Part shown: positions 19,601-29,261 of the stretch, piece after piece
How positions within the stretch are numbered: position 1 is the first letter of the stretch
Layout: each line of letters opens with the position of its first letter
Source of the DNA: Nitrosopumilales archaeon
Lineage (GTDB): Archaea > Thermoproteota > Nitrososphaeria > Nitrososphaerales > Nitrososphaeraceae
Assembly (NCBI GenBank): GCA_044507735.1
Contig: JBIQJB010000001.1
Coordinates: 128,001 to 192,000 of the forward strand
Reading direction: 5' to 3'
Length of the DNA: 64,000 nt
Program-made: the position numbers and the translations under genes
Notes under the pieces: model-generated
Seen by the model: the letters and a program-made list of their open reading frames with translations, nothing else
Databases searched by the model: none
What the model was told of the DNA's origin: nothing

Positions 19601-19882
19601 CCGATGAATGAAAATCTCCACGGACACAAAAAGTGTTATTGTCTTTGGGAAAAGACAAACTGGTATCTGAGTTCACCTCTGACTCCCACCAGTGGCATGT
19701 GCACACCGTAAATCGTGGAGGTTATCATTCGTGATTCCTGCACGAAACGCCCAGGGTTGAGGGAGCCTCACCCTCTTCCCTCAAGTATTCATCAAACAGT
19801 GTTAAATGTTGTATACCAGCTAGCTCCAAATGTGAACATAAAGGTTGTAAGCCGGTTACAGGGTTTTCCACTGCAGTAGAGA

Positions 19883-20377
19883 ATGCCGATAGAATTTAGC
19901 AGGCAGGCCATGCAGGCTTTTTCTCCCGAATTCAAAAATCGCGTACTGCGGGTCTACTCACTGTATCCAGAGTTGCGGGAAAAGAGGATCTCGTGTGGCT
20001 TGCTGACTAGGCGAGGCTGGGTAGTGGGTACGGCCATAAGTTGGACATCGCCTCCTGTTTTCCGGCTCCAGCCAAACGTCTCTCATTATACTATAGCACA
20101 CGAGCTGACTCACTTGGTGCAGGGAAATGGGTCAGGCATTCCTCACGGCGAGGTTGCCTGCGACATTTGGACTCTGCACAGGCTACCAACCGATCTTTTG
20201 GATCAGCGGCCGTACTACCTGATGAAGAACATCCGGTGCGATTGGAAAAAAGTGAATAAGGACAAGATCAAAGAGCTTTGCACACAGGCAATAGAGGTAA
20301 GAAAAACGCAACGCTCTTACATTGTCTGGCTGCGTCGCCAGATCAAGAATCTGAATGGGGTTTCTGAAATGCGGTGA
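19883..20377 (+). CDS. hypothetical HEXXH (zincin-like) protein
   Basis: TIAHELTHLVQG...PHGE..CD. Confidence 0.7.
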   Translation: MPIEFSRQAMQAFSPEFKNRVLRVYSLYPELREKRISCGLLTRRGWVVGTAISWTSPPVFRLQPNVSHYTIAHELTHLVQGNGSGIPHGEVACDIWTLHRLPTDLLDQRPYYLMKNIRCDWKKVNKDKIKELCTQAIEVRKTQRSYIVWLRRQIKNLNGVSEMR

Positions 20378-20671
20378 TGTGCCCGAAAAAATACGTGCGG
20401 GCAGCCGATTGGCAATCCTTCGCTGCCCTTTTGAGTAGGATGCATCAGTCAAATCTGTCAAGTGACAGATAAGTACTCTTTTTCTTGAATTCAACGACAT
20501 TTTGGCATGTCTAGCAGTTACGGGAGAAAGGTCTTGTCAATCGATCAAGTGGCAGACCTGATGCAAGAACAAGCAACGGCGAAAAATCTACGCCGAAAAT
20601 AGAAGCAAGTACCATAAGATTCAATCAACAATCTTATATGCAAACAGCTATTGCTATTACTCTGACTTCAG

Positions 20672-20968
20672 ATGCGCAATCGACAGAAGGACGAAATAAT
20701 AAGGGATATTTTGCATAGCGCCCAAGGCGGCGCGGGTATCACCAAGATCATGTTTCACGCGTATCTGACACACACTCAGGCCAAGGAATACACACAAATA
20801 CTCTTGCAAAATGGCCTTTTGGAGCAGGATATCGATTCCGGCTCGCTCAGGGAGTTTCGCACAACTCCAAAGGGGTTAGAATACTTGACCGCCATTGAGA
20901 AAATGTCAGATATGCTCGCGATAGAAACCAAACGGGCAGCAACTAGGTCCAGCGCGTTTCTCATTTAA
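20672..20968 (+). CDS. winged helix-turn-helix protein (HTH_45-like)
   Basis: GAGITKIMFHAYL...FRTTPKGLEYL. Confidence 0.85.
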   Translation: MRNRQKDEIIRDILHSAQGGAGITKIMFHAYLTHTQAKEYTQILLQNGLLEQDIDSGSLREFRTTPKGLEYLTAIEKMSDMLAIETKRAATRSSAFLI

Positions 20969-21194
20969 CCCAGGAATTTTCTTTTTGCATTGCCGCATTC
21001 CCGTATCTTGACTCGCTTGGGCTTGTTGTTAATTTCCGCGTCACGCACATAATTCTTGATCTGAGGGAAGCAACAAGAGTCGACTATTTTCTCCAGCTGG
21101 CTTAGCAGGTTAAACGTCGAATCTTCTAGCAGAGCTCCCTGCCCTACGCCAGTTACTTACTTTATCGCACACGTTGCGCACAATGACCAAAAAA

Positions 21195-21971
21195 TTACAC
21201 GATCCTTTTTGCAACTTTCAGCGCGCCGGCAACGGTGTGCTCGACCGCTTCGAGGCACTTGATGTTGCGACTCTTAAGCTCTTTGCTGGTCAGAGGCCCT
21301 ATGGAGACTACCTTTGTAAGATCATTGAGAGGCGGGTTGGGAAATCCCAGCTTATCCATTATCTCGAAGAACGACCTGACGTTTGATGCACTTGTAAATA
21401 TGACGACGTTCACTTTGTTATCTGCAAGCAAGCTTGAAAACTCTCTCCATACATTCGTTGGCGTCGCCGTGCGCACAGTATAGAGTAGCACTTCGTCAAC
21501 CTGCATCCCGAGGTCTTGAAGTGCCTTTGCAACCGACTCGTTAGCTGCTCCGCTCCGCGGTATGATTATCTTTTTGTTCCTCAGGTTCAGGCGCGATAGA
21601 TGCTCTACCAAGCCGCTTGAAGAGAAGCTGTCAGGCATCATCTTCACGTCTACCCTGTTCTCGATCAGTCTCTCCTTGGTCTTTGGACCAACAGCTATCA
21701 CAGTAGTCGAATTCAGGAGGGCCGCCACCTCCTCGCCGGAGTGCTCGAACAAGATGTTGACTGCCTGAGGGCTCATGAACGCGCAATAGTCGTACCTGAT
21801 ATTCCGTAGCTTGGTCAGAAATTCCTGAACTGCAGCTGGTCCCATTGGTACAACCTCTATTGCTGGGAGTGCAATGCCTCGACCTCCTTCTTCTTGTACA
21901 ACTTTCAAAAACTCGGCGGCATCTTGCGGGTTTCTGGTGATTGCAAGGGTTTTATCCTGAAAGCCCGGCAC
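21195..21971 (-). CDS. hemD: uroporphyrinogen-III synthase
   Basis: AITR, AVGPKT, IFTSASNV, SIGPLT; last gene of the hem operon. Confidence 0.92.
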   Translation of the reverse strand: MPGFQDKTLAITRNPQDAAEFLKVVQEEGGRGIALPAIEVVPMGPAAVQEFLTKLRNIRYDYCAFMSPQAVNILFEHSGEEVAALLNSTTVIAVGPKTKERLIENRVDVKMMPDSFSSSGLVEHLSRLNLRNKKIIIPRSGAANESVAKALQDLGMQVDEVLLYTVRTATPTNVWREFSSLLADNKVNVVIFTSASNVRSFFEIMDKLGFPNPPLNDLTKVVSIGPLTSKELKSRNIKCLEAVEHTVAGALKVAKRIV

Positions 21972-21980
21972 CAGTGACGC

Positions 21981-22748
21981 TCACCTGAACCATTCTAGGT
22001 GATCAAGACCCGCTACCTTGCCTATGACTATGACAGCTGGTGGCTTGACATTTGCCTTGCTGGCCATATCTGTAATGGTTGCAAGCGTGCCTCTGACTGT
22101 CTTCTGCTTCTCGGTCGTGCCACTTACCACAATTGCTACTGGAGTGTTTTTCTTCATGCCGGCCTTTATCAAATCCTTGGAGATCTGTTCAAGCTGACCG
22201 ATCCCCATGAGCACGACTATTGTATCTACTGCGCCAGCCAGCTTGTCCCACTTTACTACGGGCTCGTCCTTCCCTGGGTCCTCATGGCCTGTCACTATTG
22301 CAACTGATGATGAGTGTCGTCTGTGCGTGAGCGGAATGCCTGCATAAGCTGGCGACGCGATTGCTGAAGTTATGCCTGGTACTATCTCAAACTTAATCCC
22401 GAGCTTTAGAAGATGTTCTGCCTCCTCTGCGCCTCGGCCATAAATGAAAGGGTCGCCGCCCTTCAGCCGGAGTACTTGTTTTCCTTTTTTCGCATATTCT
22501 GCCATAAGCTCGTTGGTCCTGTCTTGGTGCGTAGTCGGGTCTCCTACGGCCCTGCCAACATAGACCTTCTCTGCGCTCGCGGGGATCTGATCAACTAGTT
22601 CTCGTGCCACAAGCCTGTCATACAGTACTACATCGCAGGTCTTCAGAAGCTCCATAGCCCGGACGGTGATCAATTTTGGATCGCCGGGTCCTGCCCCGCA
22701 GATGAAAACCTTGCCTGTCTTACCCCTTTTCATAGCCTGCTGTTCCAC
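21981..22748 (-). CDS. cobA: uroporphyrinogen-III C-methyltransferase
   Basis: GAGPGDPKLIT, RLKGGDPFIYGRG, VPGITSA; start may be MKRG at 22733. Confidence 0.95.
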   Translation of the reverse strand: MEQQAMKRGKTGKVFICGAGPGDPKLITVRAMELLKTCDVVLYDRLVARELVDQIPASAEKVYVGRAVGDPTTHQDRTNELMAEYAKKGKQVLRLKGGDPFIYGRGAEEAEHLLKLGIKFEIVPGITSAIASPAYAGIPLTHRRHSSSVAIVTGHEDPGKDEPVVKWDKLAGAVDTIVVLMGIGQLEQISKDLIKAGMKKNTPVAIVVSGTTEKQKTVRGTLATITDMASKANVKPPAVIVIGKVAGLDHLEWFR

Positions 22749-23680
22749 TCTTCCACGGCCCTGCGCCAGCCTTCAGCCATCTCCATTGCGCCCTTGCTTA
22801 CTAATTGGTCGGCAACTTTGTTGCCCAGCTCTTCCGGCCTCCTTGCATTGCCAACCTCCTTGACCTTGATGTTCCTGCTGCCATCAGCCGAAAACACGCT
22901 GGCGTACAGCGTAATCTTTGAGTTATTCGTTATTGCCACTGCCCCGAGCGGGAACCTGCAACCTCCTTCGACCTTTCTTATCAGCGCCCGCTCTGCCATC
23001 ACCTCTGCGCGAGAGCGCGGGTCTTCAATTGATTTTAACATACTGATCATTTTCTTGTCATTCTGCCTACAGACGATCGCAATTGCTCCCTGTCCAGGCG
23101 CCGGAACGAAATCTCTTACTCCAAAGCGCTCGACTATAACATCCTTCATCCCGATCCGGGTTAGCCCAGCTTCTGCAAGCACTACTGCGTCGTACTCTCC
23201 GCTGATCACTTTTTTTACCCTCGTCTCGACGTTCCCTCTGATCGGCCTTATGTTCAGATCCGGCCTCAGTTTTGTCAGCTGGACTGCGCGCCTGAGGCTG
23301 CTCGTACCTACCTTTGAGCCTGGCGCCAGCTCTTTGAGCTTTCGTCCCTTTTCGTTGACAAGAACATCATTTGGACTTGCCCTCTTTGGAATACATGCTA
23401 CGACCAGCTCTTCAGACAAGTCCGATGGGATGTCTTTGAGGCTGTGAACTGCAAAGTCGACAACGCCGTTCTTGACCGCCTCGTTCACTTCTCTTTCAAA
23501 GATTCCCTTTTCGTCCATAGTGAAGAGCGGGCGCTTGTCGACGTCTCCCTTCGTGCTTATTGTAACGACTTCAAAATGGATTCCCGGGTTTGACTTGCGG
23601 AGAGCTGAAAGCGCTATCTCTGTCTGGGCTATTGCGAGCCTGCTTCCTCTGGTACCGACCCTTACTGTCGCCTTTTTCAT
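22730..23680 (-). CDS. hemC: hydroxymethylbilane synthase (porphobilinogen deaminase)
   Basis: GTRGSRLA, VHSLKD, GTSSLRR, RGNVETR, EGGC. Confidence 0.96.
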   Translation of the reverse strand: MKKATVRVGTRGSRLAIAQTEIALSALRKSNPGIHFEVVTISTKGDVDKRPLFTMDEKGIFEREVNEAVKNGVVDFAVHSLKDIPSDLSEELVVACIPKRASPNDVLVNEKGRKLKELAPGSKVGTSSLRRAVQLTKLRPDLNIRPIRGNVETRVKKVISGEYDAVVLAEAGLTRIGMKDVIVERFGVRDFVPAPGQGAIAIVCRQNDKKMISMLKSIEDPRSRAEVMAERALIRKVEGGCRFPLGAVAITNNSKITLYASVFSADGSRNIKVKEVGNARRPEELGNKVADQLVSKGAMEMAEGWRRAVEEWNSRL

Positions 23681-24951
23681 TTCTTTGCTATCCTGCGAAG
23701 TGCCTCGCCATATGCTTCAACGGTCCTGTCAACATCATCCTCGCTGTGAGCGTAGGAGACAAAGCATGTTTCAAACTGCGATGGAGGAATGAAAACCTCG
23801 CGCCTTAAAAGCTCGTCGAATAGCTTGCGGAACGAAACTGGGTTGGCCCTTCTCGCGCTTGCCGCGTCCTTTACCCTCTCACCCGTAAAGAACACTTGGA
23901 ACATAGACCCAATAGAGTTTATTGTGCATTCAAGCTGGGTGCTTGATATCGCATCCTTTATGCCGTTGACAATACTGTCACATGTCCTGGCAATTCCTGG
24001 ATAAATTGAATTCTTGGCTTCGATGAGCGCTTCAAGAGTTGCTATGCCCGCCGCTACGGACACAGGATTGCCTGCAAACGTACTTGCTTGGTATGCAGGA
24101 CCCGCAGGTGCCAGCCTTCCCATGATCTCCTTCTTGCCTGCAATGGCAGCTATTGGCAGTCCATTGCCAAGAGCTTTTGCAAATGTCGCCAAGTCCGGCT
24201 TGACTCCGAAAAATCCGCCGGCCCCGCCAAGTGCAAGCCTAAAGCCCGTCACTACTTCGTCGAATATCAAAACGACGTCGTTTTGCTCTGTGATCTTTCT
24301 CACCTCGTTGAGATATCCTTTTTCTGGAAGTACAAGTCCTATGTTGGCAAGCACCGGCTCCATTATCACACAGGCGGTGTCACGGTTCTTTTCGATTGCA
24401 CGTTCTAATGCACCTGCGTCATTGTACGGAACAACTGTGGTCCGCGCAGATGCTTCTTCAAGTACGCCTTCTGACGCCGGCATGCTGGCGGCACCCGATC
24501 CTGCCTTGGCAAGCACATAGTCATGCGCGCCATGGTAGCCGCCATCAAACTTTATCACATCCTTCTTCTTTGTATGAGCGCGAGCAAGCCTGATAGCGTG
24601 CATTGTCGCCTCCGAGCCCGTGTTGACCAGCCTAACCATCTCTGCACAAGGTACTACCTTGCATATCAACTCTGCCAGCCTGACCTCCTTGTCTGTCGGA
24701 ACGCAAAAGAGCGTGCCGCTCTCCAGCTGTGATCTTACAGCGTCTATCACAGAAGGGTAGCTGTGCCCCAAGGTCAGAGCGCCGTATCCCATGCAATAGT
24801 CTATGTACGTTTTGTGATCGGCGGTAGTAAGCTTGCTACCTCTTGCGGAAGTCGCAAAGAATGGATAAGGATCGTAAAAGCGTACTGGGCTGTTGACCCC
24901 ACCGGGCAGGACCTTCTTTGCCCTGCCATATAGCTGTTCAGACTTGCTCAA
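23677..24951 (-). CDS. hemL: glutamate-1-semialdehyde 2,1-aminomutase
   Basis: PGGVNSPVR, FDEVVTGFR, PPSQFE. Confidence 0.96.
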   Translation of the reverse strand: MSKSEQLYGRAKKVLPGGVNSPVRFYDPYPFFATSARGSKLTTADHKTYIDYCMGYGALTLGHSYPSVIDAVRSQLESGTLFCVPTDKEVRLAELICKVVPCAEMVRLVNTGSEATMHAIRLARAHTKKKDVIKFDGGYHGAHDYVLAKAGSGAASMPASEGVLEEASARTTVVPYNDAGALERAIEKNRDTACVIMEPVLANIGLVLPEKGYLNEVRKITEQNDVVLIFDEVVTGFRLALGGAGGFFGVKPDLATFAKALGNGLPIAAIAGKKEIMGRLAPAGPAYQASTFAGNPVSVAAGIATLEALIEAKNSIYPGIARTCDSIVNGIKDAISSTQLECTINSIGSMFQVFFTGERVKDAASARRANPVSFRKLFDELLRREVFIPPSQFETCFVSYAHSEDDVDRTVEAYGEALRRIAKK

Positions 24952-25029
24952 CTTTATGTATGAGCTCGATTAGGTGATATAATAATTGTAAGGCTAATTA
25001 AATGGAAAACTGCCAAAGTACACACGAGA

Positions 25030-25524
25030 ATGGCAGCAGCATTTTCCACCATTATAGACGACCTCCGGTTCAACGTCGAAAGTAACCGCGATGCGTTGGC
25101 GGCTGCACTAAAGAAGAGTCCTTCTTTTGCTTACCAGAAGGTAAACGAGCTAGCCCTATTCGTCGGGTCGCGCTATGGTGTTAATCTGCAGCTGCATTTT
25201 CCCGAACCGCGCAAGATTTCAGACATTAGCTCGTACGGCATGGAAAACGTCGGGATCGTGGTCGACAAGTTTCGCAAGACCTTTCCAGTACCGAGGGAGA
25301 TGGTCAAGCAAAAGGCAATCGAGCTTATTGGTAGCGATGCCAAGCCGCAGGACGCCTACATGTACGAGGGCAAGGAAGGTGTCAAGGTTGTAATGCCAGG
25401 AGGCAGGATCGAGGTACTGCCCGGCTCAATCCATTTCTGGTGTATCCTAGATGAAAAGGTCAGGGCCTATGCTGATTGGCTTGCCGAGAACGTCTATTTC
25501 GCAGATGCAGGGAAGAAGACTTGA
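25030..25524 (+). CDS. conserved hypothetical protein
   Basis: Clean 164-aa ORF divergent from hemL with natural composition. Confidence 0.7.
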   Translation: MAAAFSTIIDDLRFNVESNRDALAAALKKSPSFAYQKVNELALFVGSRYGVNLQLHFPEPRKISDISSYGMENVGIVVDKFRKTFPVPREMVKQKAIELIGSDAKPQDAYMYEGKEGVKVVMPGGRIEVLPGSIHFWCILDEKVRAYADWLAENVYFADAGKKT

Positions 25525-25797
25525 TGCGCGGATTGTTTCAGATCCACTCTGTCCGCCCCGATGAACCTGTAGATTTCCAAAGTGTATCCGCTATGTCGAA
25601 TTATGAAGACCCGGGCCCGACTACGCAATCTCATAGCCGGAGCAGATTGCAACTTTCAGGAGGGGGGGCGCGCACAGGAGTTGAGACAAAGGACCCGTGC
25701 ATCAGAGGGGGAATAATTTCCCTGCCTATTTTCTTAGGATCCCTGCTGCAGGATAGCAGCAGTACTAGCGAGAGCGGCGGTCGGTGCTCTGCTTCTT

Positions 25798-26496
25798 CTA
25801 GCCAACTCGAGCCCGTACAAGTTCGTACTGATACTGCAGCTGGTCTTGTTCATCATAGACTTCTGCTTTAACCGGCAGCGGCATATCTCTGACGACCCAG
25901 ACCTTGCTCGTGTTTTCTTCCAGCTTGTAGCTCAGCACAAAGGCATCAAAAGTGCCTGCCTGGGTCTGGATCGTCTCTTCGCCTGTCACTCTGATTATGA
26001 CTTGGGACGACTGGTAGAATATTTGTTGCCAGGGCGCACCCACCACAAGATACTTGGCGCTGGTACCATACTCCCAGTCTCGGACAGCAAAGATCGATTC
26101 CTGTATTGGCTCAAAGTATGGTCTAAAGGAGCTGTCCAGCTGTCCTTCGCGTGTAAGCTCCTTTGACATCTTCATCGTATTTCTTACCGCCGGTTCAGTT
26201 CCATTTACTATGGTAAACGTCACGTTCCAACCATCCCCCGATTGTTCAAAGACCATAGACACGTTGGCAGATTGGAGGGAGCTTATTTCCGCATTGGATG
26301 TCAAGATATAGTCAAGTTCCATCCCATCATGAATGTTGTCGCCTACTATCCAAATGTCTGCATCCGTAGGTGGGTTGAACGCGGCGCCCGCAGGACCTTC
26401 AAATCCGCCACCTGCTGCAATGATACCTACGCTCACCCCTACGCCGACTACGGCAAAAATCGCAGTCATGATAGCTATGCGCTGCTTTGGAGACAC
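25798..26496 (-). CDS. membrane-anchored beta-rich exported protein, hypothetical
   Basis: N-terminal TM; VTGEETIQTQAGTFDA ... W...MPLPVK pattern. Confidence 0.72.
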   Translation of the reverse strand: MSPKQRIAIMTAIFAVVGVGVSVGIIAAGGGFEGPAGAAFNPPTDADIWIVGDNIHDGMELDYILTSNAEISSLQSANVSMVFEQSGDGWNVTFTIVNGTEPAVRNTMKMSKELTREGQLDSSFRPYFEPIQESIFAVRDWEYGTSAKYLVVGAPWQQIFYQSSQVIIRVTGEETIQTQAGTFDAFVLSYKLEENTSKVWVVRDMPLPVKAEVYDEQDQLQYQYELVRARVG

Positions 26497-26540
26497 GATA
26501 CAGATCCAGTGCCAGAGGTTATTTAAGGATAGGTCTTATT

Positions 26541-26798
26541 CTATTTTTCAATATCTGGCGCGACGTACTCGCCGATCTGATTGTATATTTTCAGGAATCG
26601 ATTGCCCTTGTCTGTAGTCTTGTAGACTTGATCGCCTTCGATATATTCCAGCAGTCCATTTTCAACGAGCACCGACAAGTACTCCTTGAGCTGTGCGTAC
26701 GATAGGAACGCTTTGTACATGATCTTGGTTTTTGTGACGCCACCGTTTGCGGCTTCTAGAATTTGAGCAGTTATGTCCGTTCTGCTTCTATATTTCAT
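26541..26798 (-). CDS. winged helix-turn-helix protein (HTH_45-like)
   Basis: MKYRSRTDI..ILEAANGGVTKTKIMYKAFLSYAQLKEYL...TTDKG. Confidence 0.92.
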   Translation of the reverse strand: MKYRSRTDITAQILEAANGGVTKTKIMYKAFLSYAQLKEYLSVLVENGLLEYIEGDQVYKTTDKGNRFLKIYNQIGEYVAPDIEK

Positions 26799-26894
26799 GC
26801 CTATCGTAGATGCTGACGTTCATAAAAGCGTCTCGAATAAATCGTACAGAAGATAATTCTCTAATCCTGCTCCATGCAAAAGAAAGGAATGGGG

Positions 26895-27311
26895 TTAGGC
26901 AGGGCTAGTTGATGTTGTTGTTGTTCTTGTTGTCGTGGTCTTTTCCTTTGGGGCTTCTTTTGTGACCGTGTCCTTCATAGTCTGAGCTGCGTTTCTCGCG
27001 GTATTGCTCGTCTCTTCGGCTGCGCTTATCGTTTCCCTGATGACGCCTCTCTGCTTCAGCTCGTTTGCGACTTCGTTTATTTCCTTAGCACTGTCGCGAG
27101 CAGCTATGGTGGCCTCGCGCACTGCTTCTGTAAGCTCTTCAATTGCGCCGCTCTGTCTTATGATCCTGACAGACTCGCGCATTCTGGCTGACTCTTCTCT
27201 GATCCTCTTTGCAATATTTTTGATCGCTTCTGCAGTCTGCTCTGGCGTCATTTCCTTGATGCTCGTAGTGGTGCCAGAATTACTATTACTTTCAGTAGTG
27301 GACATGGACAT
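26895..27311 (-). CDS. alpha-helical coiled-coil hypothetical protein
   Basis: A/E/T-rich amphipathic repeats with a Thr-rich tail. Confidence 0.7.
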   Translation of the reverse strand: MSMSTTESNSNSGTTTSIKEMTPEQTAEAIKNIAKRIREESARMRESVRIIRQSGAIEELTEAVREATIAARDSAKEINEVANELKQRGVIRETISAAEETSNTARNAAQTMKDTVTKEAPKEKTTTTRTTTTSTSPA

Positions 27312-27349
27312 TAATATGATATCATCCTATAAAAGAGGCGCCATCGCCA

Positions 27350-27841
27350 TTACTTTTGGCCGCTCAACGCACTTCTTGTTTCGCGTACTGCTTCCTCTGC
27401 GTTGCGGATCACGCCATCCTTCTTTGACTCTGCTACGGTAATCTTTAGTTCGTCCATTAGGCCAGAAATTGACCTGAGCATCTCTTTGATTGCATCGATA
27501 GTTTCACCCATGTTGCCTCCTCCAGATCCGACTGAGCGTATGGTTTCTTTGGCTGACTTCATGGTCTCCCGCGCTTCATCAAGGAGGCCAGAGCTCTTTG
27601 CCTCCATCGTAATTTTCTCCATCCTTGCGCTCGTGCTATCTATGGACTCCATCATCTTGCGCATATTCTCTATGTTTGTGACCATGGCAGGGTCCTTGAG
27701 CGATTCTATTATCTCGCGGGCTGTCTTGGCCACTTCGCGGATCTTTTCAAGCGACTCTTGCACGTCTGGCGAACCAAGTTCTCTGATTATCTCTACAGCG
27801 TCAGATGCGGTTTCCTTGATATCTTTGAGCTTTTCTGGCAT
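27350..27841 (-). CDS. alpha-helical coiled-coil hypothetical protein, paralog-like to its neighbour
   Basis: Shares SARM, SG-x2-[ED]E and K-x2-GVIR motifs with 26895-27311. Confidence 0.7.
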   Translation of the reverse strand: MPEKLKDIKETASDAVEIIRELGSPDVQESLEKIREVAKTAREIIESLKDPAMVTNIENMRKMMESIDSTSARMEKITMEAKSSGLLDEARETMKSAKETIRSVGSGGGNMGETIDAIKEMLRSISGLMDELKITVAESKKDGVIRNAEEAVRETRSALSGQK

Positions 27842-27926
27842 TCACAATACTAATGCGCTCTCGGTTAATTGCAGAGCGGTAAAAGGTTCCAGTGCTTATT
27901 TTCTATAACAAGCATTATTGCTGCCG

Positions 27927-28325
27927 TCACATGCTCATCTTCATTATCCGTTCCCACAACTTGTAGGGAACCGGCATCACTGACAGCCTTGGAATCCGCA
28001 CAAGCTCCCACTCTGAAAATAAGGGGTCTTGCTTTATTGCAGCAAGTGTCACGGGTTTGGCAAGTCTGGCTACTGGCCCGACATCGACTACTGTGAGCGA
28101 CTTGTCATTTGAGTCTGGGTATGGGTCAGAAATTATCTCGATTATCCCGACTACCTGTTTTTCGTCGCCCGTATGATAGAAAAGCGCTCTGTCTCCCCTT
28201 TTCACGGTCTTCAAGTGCTTGAGTGCGAGGTTGTTTGCAACCCCGTCCCATACCGTCCTGCCATCCTTTTCAAGTTGTGAATAGTTGTATGTAGAGGGTT
28301 CTTCCTTGAACAGCCAATATGCCAT
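27927..28325 (-). CDS. EVE domain protein
   Basis: MAYWLFKEEP, WDGVAN, GDRALFYHTG, RLSVMPV. Confidence 0.92.
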   Translation of the reverse strand: MAYWLFKEEPSTYNYSQLEKDGRTVWDGVANNLALKHLKTVKRGDRALFYHTGDEKQVVGIIEIISDPYPDSNDKSLTVVDVGPVARLAKPVTLAAIKQDPLFSEWELVRIPRLSVMPVPYKLWERIMKMSM

Positions 28326-28358
28326 GTACGTCAGGTATGGCAGGTATGTGGTAAAAAA

Positions 28359-28730
28359 TTATGCGACGTCTGCGGTGGTTACTTTTTCCTTGTTCTTTTC
28401 TGTGTCGATGTTAAGGCTCTCAGTCGGAGTGCGTGTGTCGTGCAGCTTGTCGAGGTTGGCTTCATATGCCATACAGCAGCCGTGCGGTGCAATCACCGAA
28501 GATTCTTTCCCAAGAACATCCCTGCCATTGTTTTCCACTAGCATGCATCTGCCTCCGCTATGGTTAATCCAGTAGATGCAGTTGTAGCAAAAATAGCCTT
28601 CGTGCAGGTTAGAATCTGCAAACTTGTCATACTCTACATACGATGCCTGAAGCTTGCTCCTCTTCTTGAACTTGGTCAGGTTGTCTAGATTGCCAAAAGT
28701 TTCCTTGATCTTCTGTTCCATGTCTATCAT
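28359..28730 (-). CDS. HiPIP-like 4-Cys iron-sulfur protein, copy 2
   Basis: SK..ASY, CYNCIYW, RCMLV, IAPHGCC.AY; ATG 28730 lies right after the stop of copy 1. Confidence 0.65.
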   Translation of the reverse strand: MIDMEQKIKETFGNLDNLTKFKKRSKLQASYVEYDKFADSNLHEGYFCYNCIYWINHSGGRCMLVENNGRDVLGKESSVIAPHGCCMAYEANLDKLHDTRTPTESLNIDTEKNKEKVTTADVA

Positions 28731-28731
28731 G

Positions 28732-28992
28732 TTATCGCGTCTCCTTTTCATTTGGGCCCCAGAGAGTGCATACGCCATGTGGAGCAATAACGTGAGACTC
28801 TTTGTTGTCGACATCCTGCCCACTATCTTCTACTATGGCGCAATGATGGTCCGGGATAAAGAAGGTACAGTTGTAGCAGAAATATCCCGTGTGAAGATCT
28901 GCATTCTTAAAGTGGTCTATTTCAAGGTACCCTGAAACTGCCTTTGAGAGCTTTGGATATTGCTTCTCAGTCGCGATAACCTCATTTGCCAT
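28732..28992 (-). CDS. HiPIP-like 4-Cys iron-sulfur protein, copy 1
   Basis: KLSKAVSGY, CYNCTFF, HCAIV, IAPHGVCTLW. Confidence 0.7.
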   Translation of the reverse strand: MANEVIATEKQYPKLSKAVSGYLEIDHFKNADLHTGYFCYNCTFFIPDHHCAIVEDSGQDVDNKESHVIAPHGVCTLWGPNEKETR

Positions 28993-29048
28993 GTTTGCAG
29001 CGTCGCGTTATGGTATAAAACAACTTTAGCAGTTTTATCTGATGGGAG

Positions 29049-29261
29049 TTAGTTGCCCCTCTTCCTCTCAAGCATCCTTGCCAGCCTTTTCAGCCTTGAC
29101 CATCGTAGCGCCAGCTTACCACCGACTATGACAGCCACAATGACCGCCCAGACCCACAGCGGCGGACTTTCCACTAGATCTATTTTGCCATCCTGGGAAT
29201 TTATGTCCTTCTTCTTTTTTCGTTTTCTTCTGCCAGCACTTCTTCCGACAGAGCCTTTCAT
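29049..29261 (-). CDS. small single-TM protein, hypothetical
   Basis: PPLWVWAVIVAVIVGG TM helix flanked by basic residues; start uncertain. Confidence 0.4.
   Translation of the reverse strand: MKGSVGRSAGRRKRKKKKDINSQDGKIDLVESPPLWVWAVIVAVIVGGKLALRWSRLKRLARMLERKRGN

Noticed and set aside
28731-28823. N-terminal extension of ORF 28359-28823
   Set aside because: Overlaps the upstream paralog in another frame; ATG 28730 fits better
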